DNA of 64,000 bases from a virus (IMGVR_UViG_3300027741_000048:15265-79264), one strand, 5' to 3'. Counted from the stretch's first letter, positions 48,372 to 58,694 are shown. Notes: generated from the sequence alone by a model not told the origin. Translations and numbers: made by a program.

Positions 48372-50183
48372 TTATAGTGATGAGTTATTAAAATCAATAC
48401 GTCTCGTTATACCATTACTCTTTTCAAGATATATAACATCACCGGTTGCAGCTTTTACGCTTTCTTTTCTATGACTGATAACCATTATACTTTCATCATA
48501 CTTATCAACACGCTCTTTCAGAACGTTAATAACCAGCTCAATACCTCGCGCATCAAGACTTGAATCAAATAGCTCGTCATAGATACTAAAATTAAAACAC
48601 ACATCACCCTGAAGACGTCTCATATCCATAAACGCAAATAAACACGCTAAGTCAATATTCTTTCTTTCAGCTCCGCTAAAATTAAAGTACGAGCATATCT
48701 TACCCTTTACATCAACGATTTCTTCTTCAAAATATTCGTTAAATCTACAAATACAATTTGCGTCCATCTTCTGGAGATAATAGAGTAACTTAGCGTTGAA
48801 TACCTGTAGTATCTTTTTAACAAGATATGACTTTACACCCTCCTCTGACACGATAAATTTTACAACGTCAAGAGTACTTGTTGTTTTCTTAATTTGCTCA
48901 AGGCGATTACTTATCGTCTCAAACTCTTGACGCTTTTCGGTAATGAGGTTATCGAATTGTGTATTCTCTTGTTCAAGATCTTTTAAGTCCTGATCGAGCA
49001 TAACCTGCCATTCCTGAAGCTGCTTTAAACGTGTCTTTTGACTTTCGTGATCACGTAGAGATAGATTGTATATGTTAATGCTATTTTCAAGTAGCTTTAT
49101 TTTCTCATCTATCTTATTAATTTTATCTCTATACTTTATCTCCTCTGTAGAAGATACAGAAATAGTACCTCTAAACTCATCAATTTCGTCATTAATTTTT
49201 TTCTTCTCCAGTTCAATATGCTCTTTATCCTTTTCTTTTATAGAGCGTAGACACGCAGGGCATTTATCCGTTCCTGTATTAATCGCGGTAATTTGTTTCT
49301 GTAATTGACTAATAAGTGTCTGTGCTTCGCTCTTTGTATGGCGAATATCCTGTATTTTACCGTCGGCGGCGGTCTTGGCTTTTTTTAAATCGCAAATAGC
49401 TTTATTAATTTCATCAATACTCTTTGTTTTAAAGTTGTCTATTTTTTGAGAGATCTCAACAATCTCGCTAGCGTTATTAATCTTACGTTGAGTATACTTT
49501 TCTTGTTTTTGCTTACGCTCAATAGTCGTATTTTCTTTTTGCGTGATGTAACTGTTTAATGTTCTGTTGACTTCATCATAGCGAGTACCTTCTATATCGA
49601 GTGCCTTTTTGTTGTCTGTTACATCAGATTTAAGTAAATCAGACATTTCGCTAAATACACCAAGATTGAAAATTTCCTCAATAAACTTTCTCTTTTCTTG
49701 CTTCTTTTTTGCCATAAACGGTGTGGTGTTGTTTATGGTCATAATCACACAGTTCTGAAAAACTTCAGGTGTGCAATTAAATTTCTTCATAATGAAGTTG
49801 TTCGTATTAGATATGCTATCTCTTGTCTTATCTTCATCATTAATAAAGATGTAACACTTCGACGGTTCGAGCGTACGTATAATTTTTATTTCTTCAACTA
49901 CGTCAAAATATTTAACTGAAGCTTCTAGTGTTACTTCGCAATTCTTTTTATTTAAACTGTTGATAATAAATTCTTTCTTAAGATCGCGTAGTGTTTCCCC
50001 AAATACAGCAAAATTAATAGCATCGGCGATTGTTGATTTACCGACACCATTTTGCCGGTCTTCCTTATCTTTGTTTACACCGGTTATAATATGTAGCCCT
50101 TTTTTAAAATCGACCGAGACCGGTGAATTACCTACAGATAAAAAATTCTTTATTGTGATGGATTTAAAGTTTATGTATTTCAT
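48372..50183 (-). CDS. gp46: Recombination ATPase (Rad50/SbcC-like)
   Basis: KNFLSVGN, NGVGKST, CPAC hook, FSGAE, DELFDSSLD, ISH; likely start MKYINF. Confidence 0.93.
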   Translation of the reverse strand: MKYINFKSITIKNFLSVGNSPVSVDFKKGLHIITGVNKDKEDRQNGVGKSTIADAINFAVFGETLRDLKKEFIINSLNKKNCEVTLEASVKYFDVVEEIKIIRTLEPSKCYIFINDEDKTRDSISNTNNFIMKKFNCTPEVFQNCVIMTINNTTPFMAKKKQEKRKFIEEIFNLGVFSEMSDLLKSDVTDNKKALDIEGTRYDEVNRTLNSYITQKENTTIERKQKQEKYTQRKINNASEIVEISQKIDNFKTKSIDEINKAICDLKKAKTAADGKIQDIRHTKSEAQTLISQLQKQITAINTGTDKCPACLRSIKEKDKEHIELEKKKINDEIDEFRGTISVSSTEEIKYRDKINKIDEKIKLLENSINIYNLSLRDHESQKTRLKQLQEWQVMLDQDLKDLEQENTQFDNLITEKRQEFETISNRLEQIKKTTSTLDVVKFIVSEEGVKSYLVKKILQVFNAKLLYYLQKMDANCICRFNEYFEEEIVDVKGKICSYFNFSGAERKNIDLACLFAFMDMRRLQGDVCFNFSIYDELFDSSLDARGIELVINVLKERVDKYDESIMVISHRKESVKAATGDVIYLEKSNGITRRIDFNNSSL

Positions 50184-51235
50184 AGCGAATTCGCTCGTTT
50201 GTATAGTTCTGCGCAATATGCAATTACATCACTCTTGTTGTCAATATCGAGTACGTTAATGAACTCTTCAATTGTAGCTTGCATATCGACACCGGTGGTG
50301 TCGTATTCTTTATCCTCTACGTTATACGCGGCATCTGTATATGTATAGTCTGTTGTAAACGTAAGAGGGTTATAGACGGAGAATTTTTGAATTAGTGCAT
50401 CGATAGCATCACTATTAGCTTTTTTATCTACTACAAATTTTATAAAATTTCCGTTAACAATATTATTAATATCATTACCTGTCAGTGACTTAGCGTTAGT
50501 AAGCTCAGTTAGAGATAGCTTCTTGTGCTTAGGTGATATAGCATTTTCGTAAAAAGTATATGTAAGCTTATCGATATCAAGAATATAATATCCTTTTGTA
50601 CTACTTGTATCACCGAAATCCATTTCAAACGGATTACCGACATAAACAATAGTCCCATCGCTATAGTTCCGTTCGTCACGGAGATGAAAGTGACCAGACA
50701 TAACGAGATCGGCTTTTTCGAGCAAGTCACGCGTCTTTACACCATGATCGCACATCTTATATCCGTTCATCTTAAAGCTTTCAATTTCGAGATGACCAAA
50801 TATTGCGTCTGATTTCGGTATATTTAATTCCCCTCCCCAGGGTATGAATGTAAGTGTCTTACCGTAAAGTGTTGTTGTTACGGTTTCGCTTATAACGGTT
50901 ATATTTTTGCGCCCGTTAAGAATAGAGAGTGAATTAACGTCAGCACGGTCTTTATAGTAGGCATCATGATTACCGACGATCATAACAATATTAAACTTAT
51001 CAAGCTTATCAAGGATAAGGCTTGCAACGTGCAAAGTTGAAACTGATATATCGCTTCTGTGATGAAAAAAATCACCTAGAAAAAATATATCAGTTATATT
51101 TTTAGCTTCAAGCTCATTAACGAACCAGTCGCACCAACTCAATGCAACTTGATGCCAGGTTGCTGAGTCAAGATGTACACCTAAATGTAAATCTGAAAAT
51201 ACTGCAACTTTTTTTTGTTTACAAAAAATATCCAT
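50180..51235 (-). CDS. gp47: Recombination nuclease (Mre11/SbcD-like)
   Basis: SDLHLG, LGDFFH, VGNHD, GHLE, SGHFH. Confidence 0.93.
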   Translation of the reverse strand: MDIFCKQKKVAVFSDLHLGVHLDSATWHQVALSWCDWFVNELEAKNITDIFFLGDFFHHRSDISVSTLHVASLILDKLDKFNIVMIVGNHDAYYKDRADVNSLSILNGRKNITVISETVTTTLYGKTLTFIPWGGELNIPKSDAIFGHLEIESFKMNGYKMCDHGVKTRDLLEKADLVMSGHFHLRDERNYSDGTIVYVGNPFEMDFGDTSSTKGYYILDIDKLTYTFYENAISPKHKKLSLTELTNAKSLTGNDINNIVNGNFIKFVVDKKANSDAIDALIQKFSVYNPLTFTTDYTYTDAAYNVEDKEYDTTGVDMQATIEEFINVLDIDNKSDVIAYCAELYKRANSL

Positions 51236-51237
51236 TT

Positions 51238-51843
51238 TTATTCTTCATCATCACCTGACGGTTCAATATAGATATGCGCCCCGCCGTTCTCGTCAGGGTT
51301 AAGCATGAGATCACTATATACCTTTTCTCTATATTCGTTTACAGCCTCATGATGCTTTTTCTCTTTTTTAATTCTATTAATAAATGCATGGAAAGCTATG
51401 GTCGTAAAATATGAGAACGGACTAAAACCGCAATCAATCTTGAATTTTTTATTCTTAAGCGCAGAAAACATCTTTACTATCGCGTCACCGACCATATCCT
51501 CCTTATAAGAGTAGTTCATAAAATTTGGCGCGAAAGAAAGTCCGTTTGCAATTTTATTAATACTCTCACATAGCTTATCTGAAAGCTTATCAGTCTTATA
51601 ATAGTTTCTTATCTCATCTTCAAACTCTCTGCTATTAACATAGTGAACCTTATCTTTCGGCTTTGTCTTAGCAACGGGCACCGCAGGCTGTAATATCTCA
51701 GGTAGCTTAGCTACAACTGCCTCAATTACCGCTTCGCTTTCAAGAGGTAATTCGAGGTCTAATATTAAATCTAGTCCCTTTGTGGGTTCTTTTTTATTTT
51801 TCGTTAATTTCTTTGCACGCAAAGACGATTCGTTCTTTTTCAT
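51238..51843 (-). CDS. gp55: Late transcription sigma factor
   Basis: HYVNS.EF, KIANGLS..PNFMNYSY.EDMVGDAI, PFSYFTTIAFHAFI.RIKKEKK; start uncertain. Confidence 0.88.
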   Translation of the reverse strand: MKKNESSLRAKKLTKNKKEPTKGLDLILDLELPLESEAVIEAVVAKLPEILQPAVPVAKTKPKDKVHYVNSREFEDEIRNYYKTDKLSDKLCESINKIANGLSFAPNFMNYSYKEDMVGDAIVKMFSALKNKKFKIDCGFSPFSYFTTIAFHAFINRIKKEKKHHEAVNEYREKVYSDLMLNPDENGGAHIYIEPSGDDEE

Positions 51844-53257
51844 ATAAATTTTGCCTTTTAAGCGCATGTGCTGCACTGTAGTGAAGATTGTCTGTAATAT
51901 CGAATATTATAAGCTTAGATTTATCTTTATGCAACCTAAGGCCGCGACCAATTGATTGCACAATTTTTATCTTAGCCTTCCCGCCACACGCAAAAACAAT
52001 GTAATGTAAATTTTTGATGTTAATACCTGTGGAGAATATTTTTGATATAGCGATTACGATAATATCGTTGTTTGTCTCCATTAACTCTCTCACTTTGTCG
52101 CGTTCTTGTACATCAACATCACCGCGTATAAAAAAACACTTTTTATCTGGTGAGTGTTGTTTTATAATTTCAAATAAGATTTCTCCATGCCGTATAAAGT
52201 CGACCATTACGAGTGTGTTTTGCTTTAACATACTTGTAAGTTTTGCGATTGTTATATTTCTAAAATTATTCTCTATAAGAAACTCAAGCTCTTCACGGTA
52301 GGCGTTACTACCTTGCTGTTGTGGTCGGTGTTTGTGATTTAGTTTTAAAATTTGAATTTGTGCGTTACTTACATAGCTGTCCTGTCTTAGGTCAAAGCTG
52401 TTTTTCTCGTAGAGAACCGGTCCTATCTTTCCAATTATGTTCCATTGATCTAAGTTATCTTCAGGCATCGTTCCAGTAAATCCAAACCTAAAGGGTGTTT
52501 TTATTTTCTTAAGAATCTCATTAATCTTATTACCTTTTTTTACTTTATGTACTTCATCGACTACGAGTACGTCAATTTTATCGATCCAATCTAGATTGCT
52601 ATTTTTAGATTGTAAAATACCGAGGTTTGATACTATGACGTTTACATTTGTATCTAGTTCGTCGTCTCCTGTCCATTTTGATATAGTAAATGGTACGTTG
52701 TAATCTTTAAAATCTTGATACGTTTGTGATACAAGCCCTCGATCTGGTACAATAAACAAGCACTTAAAATCGCGCTTATTATATGGTGACATATATATGT
52801 TATATATCTTAGTTAATAACGACGCCGACGTAAGTGTTTTACCGCCTGCAGTTGCGAGTATTATAGTACCACGACCTGCTTGGAGACATTTATGAACGAT
52901 CTCTCTCTGGTAGTCTCGTAGTGGTAGCTGTAGGGGTAGAATTGTATCATCAAAATCTAATTGCATATGCCATGTATACATGGCAGGTATTACACATTCA
53001 ATAAACTCCTTACTACATCTGATATCAGCAAGATACTGTTTACTTGTAATATATTTTCTAATTTCAAAATAAAGGCAAGGATCAAATCTACCTGTTGGTG
53101 TTATCGCATACGTACGCGCAGGCATGAATCTACCACGCTTGCGCATAAAATAAGCTGCTTCATTCTTGACTGAAAAGTACTCACGTATTTCATCGTTTAT
53201 ATCACTCGAGATTACACCAAGCCCTTTCTTACTGTCATAGTCAAAATTTATAATCAT
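51794..53257 (-). CDS. uvsW: SF2 DNA helicase
   Basis: LRDYQ, ATAGGKT, VDEVH, GFTGT, FSTGINIKNLH, QSIGRGLR. Confidence 0.93.
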   Translation of the reverse strand: MIINFDYDSKKGLGVISSDINDEIREYFSVKNEAAYFMRKRGRFMPARTYAITPTGRFDPCLYFEIRKYITSKQYLADIRCSKEFIECVIPAMYTWHMQLDFDDTILPLQLPLRDYQREIVHKCLQAGRGTIILATAGGKTLTSASLLTKIYNIYMSPYNKRDFKCLFIVPDRGLVSQTYQDFKDYNVPFTISKWTGDDELDTNVNVIVSNLGILQSKNSNLDWIDKIDVLVVDEVHKVKKGNKINEILKKIKTPFRFGFTGTMPEDNLDQWNIIGKIGPVLYEKNSFDLRQDSYVSNAQIQILKLNHKHRPQQQGSNAYREELEFLIENNFRNITIAKLTSMLKQNTLVMVDFIRHGEILFEIIKQHSPDKKCFFIRGDVDVQERDKVRELMETNNDIIVIAISKIFSTGINIKNLHYIVFACGGKAKIKIVQSIGRGLRLHKDKSKLIIFDITDNLHYSAAHALKRQNLYEKERIVFACKEINEK

Positions 53258-53643
53258 GTTATCTCAAGTTTCATTATGTCAATGATATTTTTGACATCAT
53301 ACGTACAGCTGCTAAGTGTTTTTTCAGCTTTTTCGAGAAGTTCTACGAGTAGTTCTGCTTCTTGTATCTGTCGATTTATATCTTGAATACTACTGTGCCG
53401 CTCAGCGGTTGAAATTATTGTAGGCTGGGTAAGCTTTACTGTACTAGCGCTTTCAATTTCTAACATAATATCTGCCCTTACTCTATCTTTTTGTTTTTTA
53501 AGCGCGTTAATACTTGCTTTAAGACGTATTTGTCTACCGGCCCATTTATGCTTTATTGCTGGCAGGCGAAGCTGATAATCTTTGAGATTTAATTCATCAA
53601 TCTTAAGATCATTTTCCAGTTCTTTTATATATTCTTCAAGCAT
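53254..53643 (-). CDS. uvsY: Recombination mediator
   Basis: DLKIDE..L...LP..KHKW, YDVKNIID; adjacent to uvsW. Confidence 0.8.
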   Translation of the reverse strand: MLEEYIKELENDLKIDELNLKDYQLRLPAIKHKWAGRQIRLKASINALKKQKDRVRADIMLEIESASTVKLTQPTIISTAERHSSIQDINRQIQEAELLVELLEKAEKTLSSCTYDVKNIIDIMKLEIT

Positions 53644-53678
53644 TAACTCTAAATATATTATAAGGTATCATAAATTCA

Positions 53679-53915
53679 ATGAGTAATTTTAATCAATTAG
53701 TAAATACAGTGCTATCGGAGATGGCAGCAAATGTTTCGGGTGGGCCTTCTTCTGTTACTGGCCCGGTAGCTTCTGGTAACTATGGTAATCAGTTTCCTTC
53801 GCAAAACGATACAGCATACGCTCCTGGTGACGCGAGGGTACCAAGTATACTTGGAGGTAAGAAGAAAGGTAAAAAGAAAGTACCGATACAGCGTAGACGT
53901 TTTAGCGGTCTGTAG
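53679..53915 (+). CDS. Small protein with internal-protein-like N-terminus
   Basis: MSNFNQLVNTVLSE; basic C-terminus. Confidence 0.55.
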   Translation: MSNFNQLVNTVLSEMAANVSGGPSSVTGPVASGNYGNQFPSQNDTAYAPGDARVPSILGGKKKGKKKVPIQRRRFSGL

Positions 53916-53925
53916 TAATTAATGT

Positions 53926-54351
53926 ATGGATAACGGTCATTGGCTTGTCGGGGAAGGAGTAGAAATGACAGGGGATGTTTTCGGTTTTATCTACGAAATA
54001 ACTAATCTCATTAGTAATAAGAAGTACATCGGTAAGAAGCAATGCAAATCACGTATTAAGCGTAAACCACTTAAGGGTAAGACACGTAACCGGATTGATT
54101 ATATAGATTCAGATTGGAAGTTGTATACGAGTTCTTCTAACGAATTAAATGAAGACATTAAGAAGACTGGTAAGGAGAATTTTCAATTTAAAATATTACG
54201 TACATGCGATTCTAAGTGGGCACTAGCGTATTATGAAATCAAAGAGCAGCTTGATCGCAATGTTTTGTTGCGAGAGGATTTTTATAATGGCATAATAAAT
54301 GTTCGAATTGGGCGGCCGCCAAAGCAGGAGCTTGCAAATCTAGTTAAATAG
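53926..54351 (+). CDS. GIY-YIG endonuclease (endonuclease II/DenA-like)
   Basis: GFIYEITN...KYIGKK, SDWK.Y.SSS, YYE, YNG.I. Confidence 0.8.
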   Translation: MDNGHWLVGEGVEMTGDVFGFIYEITNLISNKKYIGKKQCKSRIKRKPLKGKTRNRIDYIDSDWKLYTSSSNELNEDIKKTGKENFQFKILRTCDSKWALAYYEIKEQLDRNVLLREDFYNGIINVRIGRPPKQELANLVK

Positions 54352-54360
54352 AGTTATACT
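54332..54360 (+). promoter_or_regulatory. Sigma70-type promoter
   Basis: TTGCAA-N17-TATACT, 6 nt before GTG 54367. Confidence 0.6.
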
Positions 54361-54366
54361 AACTGT

Positions 54367-54945
54367 GTGATTAGATCCTCAGTGTTTAAACAGTTTAATA
54401 TTACAGTTGTAGATCTTACTGATGTTTTAAAGTATATAGAAGTAGATCTTATTAATGATCTCTGCAGATATCAGTTGCTTAAGAAGAGTAGATTAACAAA
54501 AGATGTAAAGAAGCTCTTATATCATCATGTTTTTTTCGGTCTCTGTGAATATATTTTAAACGCACATAATACAGGTAAAGTCTTTTTTGTAATTAAAAAT
54601 AACGAGAGCTTTCAGAGCTTGCAGATAATAAAATATTTTAAACAGAGGGAAGTTGAGAGATGTATGACGCAAGTCTTAACTCGAGCTGCTAGGTTACTAC
54701 CTATAAGCATCTATAGTTGTGATTCAAGTATATCTATTAGTGAATTCGAGGAAGAGTATGCGAAGGGGAGCGGTGAAATTAAAGAATTTATGGAGAGAAT
54801 TAAGAGTTTTCATATGTCGCAGGACTTTATTAAGAGTCATTTTACTTTTGCGAAAGTAAAATTATTTGCGAGGCGTAATGAATTAACATTTTTAAATGAA
54901 AAATATTTTAATCGATTTAAGACAAGGCAGCTTTTAATGATGTGA
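54367..54945 (+). CDS. Hypothetical protein
   Basis: 192-aa ORF with its own promoter. Confidence 0.55.
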   Translation: MIRSSVFKQFNITVVDLTDVLKYIEVDLINDLCRYQLLKKSRLTKDVKKLLYHHVFFGLCEYILNAHNTGKVFFVIKNNESFQSLQIIKYFKQREVERCMTQVLTRAARLLPISIYSCDSSISISEFEEEYAKGSGEIKEFMERIKSFHMSQDFIKSHFTFAKVKLFARRNELTFLNEKYFNRFKTRQLLMM

Positions 54946-54962
54946 TGCATTAAATATTGTTG

Positions 54963-55400
54963 ATGAAGTTTCTCAACAATTACAATAAACATTTATCGCT
55001 TTTCTTAGAGGTCGATGAGGTTGATCAAGCAGATGCGACTTCCCCAGATCCTAATGCTACACCAGAACCAGATAACAGTCAGCCTACACAAGTAGCTCCA
55101 GAAGGATATGTTGATCTTGTAAAATTACTTGCAAAAGCTGTTGCAATGAATTTTCCTGCAGGTGCATTAGATGAAATATTTCGTACAGGTATAACCGCTG
55201 AAAGTGCGTTTTCTGTACAGACGGCGTTAGAAGCTGCTATTAAGCAGAATGAAATGTATGGCGATAATCCTGAGCGCCTACAAAACATCAATTACAAAAA
55301 ATTCTCTGATAGTATCAATGCTGGTAATTTTATTAAAAAGTATAAGCAGCTTCTAGCTGTTATGAAGCAACAAGATCCATATATTACAAACAATGTATAA
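54963..55400 (+). CDS. Hypothetical late protein
   Basis: TAAATA at 54951-54956; MKFLNNYNKHLSLFLE. Confidence 0.6.
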   Translation: MKFLNNYNKHLSLFLEVDEVDQADATSPDPNATPEPDNSQPTQVAPEGYVDLVKLLAKAVAMNFPAGALDEIFRTGITAESAFSVQTALEAAIKQNEMYGDNPERLQNINYKKFSDSINAGNFIKKYKQLLAVMKQQDPYITNNV

Positions 55401-56787
55401 GAGTTTAACAGATGTGTATATGGAGGCTAGTTTTGGTGTACAGATACCTTTACTTCCAAGACAGAGTGTAAATTTGCCATCGCTCATAACAGAAGGCGGT
55501 GCAGCAGGTCATATGGCGCATGTCTTTGATCTACCTCAATCATCGAATGGTAAAGGCTTAATTAACGTATTTCGTAAATCAATCGATTCAATTCTTAGTT
55601 CACCAGCTTCTGTAAAATGGGATGGTGTTAATGTTACAGCGAAAGTTGTTACACACAAAAACGGTGAGATGGAATTTGGTCTCGATCGCGGATCGAATTT
55701 ACCTCTTGACGTAGAGGGTGTCACAATAAGCAAGTTAGGCGAGAGATTTAAAAACGAAGGTCAGATCAAAGACGGTGAACAGACATTAACAATTCTTAAT
55801 AAGGCACTACCAACTATTATGAGTGAGCTTAAAAAGCTTAAGCTCTTAGATGGTCGTCGATTGCTAAACATGGAATTTATCGATAATCAGTCTAACGCAA
55901 TTGATTATAAGGATAGATTATTAATCATACACGGTGTATTAGAGATTTTCGAGAAAAAAAGTGAAAAGCGAGGATCTGTCAGTCGTGGTACACGTGAAGT
56001 TACGTATAATGAAGCAGCGTTTAACGAGCTTGTTTTAAAATTAGATCGTATTGCAAGAGAATATCAATTTAGAGTACAAGGTGTTGTACACGCGTCACCA
56101 AAAATTGACGCTGATGTTCACCGTGCTTTTGAAGCAGCGCTCAAGACACCTCTTACCATTAAACGTACTCCGGATCATGCTGATTCAAAGACGCTTGAAG
56201 CTTGGTTGCAACAGGTGAAATATAATCCAAATAATGTTGTTGTAGCGTTTGCTGATACCGTTAAAAAGATACCGGATGATGTTGCTTCATTTACAGAGGG
56301 TAGACCGTATCCTTCGGCTAAAGCTTTAAGTAAGTTTGTATATAACTCCTTACTCAGCGGTATAGCTGTGAGCGATCTTATACCTGACAAAAAACAGCAA
56401 GAAGCAGCAATATACGGAGCTGTCTTTTATCATGCAGCTCGTGTGCTTGGAAGTGCTATTATCAACTCTCTGACAACAGCAGAATTCGGTGATATTGATG
56501 CTCACGAAGGCATTGTAATACGCGATCCAAAAATCTCTACAATACCGTATAAGATTACAGGTGAGTTTATTGTGCGCGGTCCAAGAGAGACAAAGTTTAA
56601 AAAGACTCTACCTGCAGAACAAGATAATGAAAGTATTGTTGACTCAATAGGCGGTTCAGCAATATTAAATGAGCCGGCTATTAATAGCTATAGAAACCAG
56701 ATATTACCCAATGGTACTCAGAGCTATATTAACACCGATTACGGAGTCTCAGGTGGTGAAGCTGGAGCAAATAAACTAGGAAGCTAG
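55393..56787 (+). CDS. Ligase-like nucleotidyltransferase-fold protein (DUF6267-like)
   Basis: EGGAAGHM.H, SVKWDG (KxDG), HEGIVIR, YKITG. Confidence 0.55.
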   Translation: MYKSLTDVYMEASFGVQIPLLPRQSVNLPSLITEGGAAGHMAHVFDLPQSSNGKGLINVFRKSIDSILSSPASVKWDGVNVTAKVVTHKNGEMEFGLDRGSNLPLDVEGVTISKLGERFKNEGQIKDGEQTLTILNKALPTIMSELKKLKLLDGRRLLNMEFIDNQSNAIDYKDRLLIIHGVLEIFEKKSEKRGSVSRGTREVTYNEAAFNELVLKLDRIAREYQFRVQGVVHASPKIDADVHRAFEAALKTPLTIKRTPDHADSKTLEAWLQQVKYNPNNVVVAFADTVKKIPDDVASFTEGRPYPSAKALSKFVYNSLLSGIAVSDLIPDKKQQEAAIYGAVFYHAARVLGSAIINSLTTAEFGDIDAHEGIVIRDPKISTIPYKITGEFIVRGPRETKFKKTLPAEQDNESIVDSIGGSAILNEPAINSYRNQILPNGTQSYINTDYGVSGGEAGANKLGS

Positions 56788-56788
56788 T

Positions 56789-57346
56789 ATGAAATTCGAT
56801 AACTACGTTAATATTCTACTTGAAGCTTTAGATGTTAAGCGTACATACGCTATTCTACCTGGAGGCTTCAAGCCACCAACAAAGGGTCATTTTGAAGCGC
56901 TTAAGCATATGTTAAGAGATGCAGATGCAGGCGTTGTTTTTATAGGTAAAAAGGAACGTTGTGGTATTACTGCTGCGCAGTCGTATGAAATCTGGGAGAT
57001 ATATAAAAAATACCTTGGAAAACCAGTTACAATTAGTGTAGCTGAAAAGAGCCCTATCGTGAGTACTTATGAGTTCGCAGATACACATTCAGATAATATT
57101 ATCGTCGGCGTTGGTCCAGAAGCTGATGCTAATGAGCTTAATCGATACAGGTATTTTAAGCAGAACCCGGAAAAATATCCTCACGTAGAGGTTGTCAATA
57201 TACCTGCAAAGTATAACCGAATATCTGGTACTTCAACACGTGAATGTATTGTTAGTCGCGGTAAATCAGCTGTTGATTATTTTGTACCAGGCGTTGTTGA
57301 TACAAAAGATAGAGCTAAAATAGCAAAGATATTATTTCTTTCTTGA
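56789..57346 (+). CDS. HIGH-superfamily nucleotidyl(cytidyl/adenylyl)transferase-like protein
   Basis: PGGFKPPTKGH and ISGTSTRE motifs. Confidence 0.7.
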   Translation: MKFDNYVNILLEALDVKRTYAILPGGFKPPTKGHFEALKHMLRDADAGVVFIGKKERCGITAAQSYEIWEIYKKYLGKPVTISVAEKSPIVSTYEFADTHSDNIIVGVGPEADANELNRYRYFKQNPEKYPHVEVVNIPAKYNRISGTSTRECIVSRGKSAVDYFVPGVVDTKDRAKIAKILFLS

Positions 57347-57958
57347 TTCAAGAGTGCTGATTGCTTCTACGACGAATCTCTCTATTGCTTGAGTTGATTC
57401 TGCTGTAAGTGTTTTTCTTAGTTTTGATAAAATACTAGTTCCACCTACATCTATTTGCCTAAAAAGATCCTTCTCCGTGCCCTCTTCAACGTGTATTTCG
57501 GAGTCTATCTTGTCTCTAAATTGCTGATAGTCTTTGTACGCAAAAACTGAATTTAAACCTTCGAACGCTCTACTAATTTTATCAACAAGCCATGGTTCGA
57601 GTTCTTCTTTATCACAAATTATTTCATGAAGCATAGCAGCCATCTTTGCAATTCTATACAGTTCTTGCTTTGCCATACGTGCTGGTTCATCGACCTCGTG
57701 ATGCTTTGGCTCGTCTACATCCACTTCACTCTGTGGTTTACCAACTAGCACCATATCATCTTGTGACGGGGACATACATGTACATTCTTCTGCCTCTTCA
57801 CCTTCTAGCTTACCGCATTTACATGTTCTCACTGGTGGCTCGTACTCTTCAAATTCATATGAACCCTTATCCAGGGCGTGACCTAAGCCTACATTTTCTC
57901 TAAGAAAAATTCTTGTATTATAGAGGTCATTAAGTTTTTCAAAATCGTTGGCAAACAT
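57332..57958 (-). CDS. Hypothetical late protein
   Basis: Likely start MFANDF after TAAATA; MAKQELY..AKMAAML...LEPWLVDKI motif. Confidence 0.55.
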   Translation of the reverse strand: MFANDFEKLNDLYNTRIFLRENVGLGHALDKGSYEFEEYEPPVRTCKCGKLEGEEAEECTCMSPSQDDMVLVGKPQSEVDVDEPKHHEVDEPARMAKQELYRIAKMAAMLHEIICDKEELEPWLVDKISRAFEGLNSVFAYKDYQQFRDKIDSEIHVEEGTEKDLFRQIDVGGTSILSKLRKTLTAESTQAIERFVVEAISTLESRKK

Positions 57959-57965
57959 ATATAAG

Positions 57966-57987
57966 TATTTATTCTTACGTATAAATA
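57966..57987. promoter_or_regulatory. Back-to-back late promoters
   Basis: TAAATA (minus, 57966-57971) and TATAAATA (plus, 57980-57987) between divergent ATGs. Confidence 0.65.
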
Positions 57988-57992
57988 ATATT

Positions 57993-58304
57993 ATGCAATG
58001 TTTGTTTGAATCGCGTTTTTTGGAAATATTAACTGAAAAGAAAGCTCCGAGTTTATCCATTAAACGCGGTGAAAAGCTTTCCGTATCGCGCGGTGGCGGT
58101 TTAACAGCTAAAGGTAGAGCAAAGTACAACCGTGCGACTGGCTCTCATCTCAAAGCACCGGTAACCGGTAAAGTTAAAAAAGGCTCAAAAGCAGCTAAAC
58201 GCAGAAAGAGTTTTTGTTCAAGATCTAAGGCGTGGATACCTGCAGGTGGTTGTGCGGGTAAAAAGACGCGGGGATGCGCTGCAAGGAGGAGATGGAAATG
58301 TTAA
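57993..58304 (+). CDS. Small basic protein (DUF6321-like)
   Basis: GGLTAKGRAKYNRATGSHLKAPV...RRKSFC; start MQCLFE after the late promoter. Confidence 0.65.
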   Translation: MQCLFESRFLEILTEKKAPSLSIKRGEKLSVSRGGGLTAKGRAKYNRATGSHLKAPVTGKVKKGSKAAKRRKSFCSRSKAWIPAGGCAGKKTRGCAARRRWKC

Positions 58305-58450
58305 CGTTTAAGCAATTTGTTATTGAAGAAAAAGTTAAGCGTGATAGATGCTTGAGGCGAGCGGATTCCGTTTATGGTAAAAAAACATCAGCGTATAAAT
58401 CTGGAGCTGTGGTTAAATGTCGTCAAGGTAAAATCTGGAAGAAAAAATGA
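58298..58450 (+). CDS. 50-aa basic protein, not in ORF track
   Basis: MLTFKQFVIEEKVKRDRCLRRADSVYGKKTSAYKSGAVVKCRQGKIWKKK; overlaps both neighbours' start/stop. Confidence 0.7.
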   Translation: MLTFKQFVIEEKVKRDRCLRRADSVYGKKTSAYKSGAVVKCRQGKIWKKK

Positions 58451-58689
58451 AATTTGACTCTTTAGTTAATTTTATTTTGGAAGGCTTTGAGAAGGAAAAA
58501 AAACAAGGTCTCCATGGATGGTTTGCTAGAAATCACGGTAAGGGTTGGATTGACTGCAAGACAGGTAAGCCATGTGGTAGGCAAAAGGGTGAAAAGCGTA
58601 GAAGTTACCCTGCATGTCGACCGACACGATCGATGTGTAATTCACGTAAAAATCTTAAAAAAAGTTCAAAAAGAATATCCTGGAAATAA
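58447..58689 (+). CDS. Small basic Cys-rich protein (DUF5872-like)
   Basis: GLHGWF...WIDCKTGKPCGR....YPACRP. Confidence 0.65.
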   Translation: MKFDSLVNFILEGFEKEKKQGLHGWFARNHGKGWIDCKTGKPCGRQKGEKRRSYPACRPTRSMCNSRKNLKKSSKRISWK

Positions 58690-58694
58690 AAACA

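Noticed and set aside
51794-51843. ACG start for gp55 overlapping the uvsW stop
   Set aside because: An in-frame ATG exists at 51843; no independent support for a non-canonical start
54367-54945. T4 RNase H/5'-3' exonuclease
   Set aside because: Only a faint N-terminal resemblance; catalytic acidic motifs (EADD) not found
57959-58129. Extended 5' ends of ORFs 57332..58129 and 57948..58304
   Set aside because: Back-to-back late promoters indicate true starts at 57958 and 57993; the extensions are mutual antisense overlap
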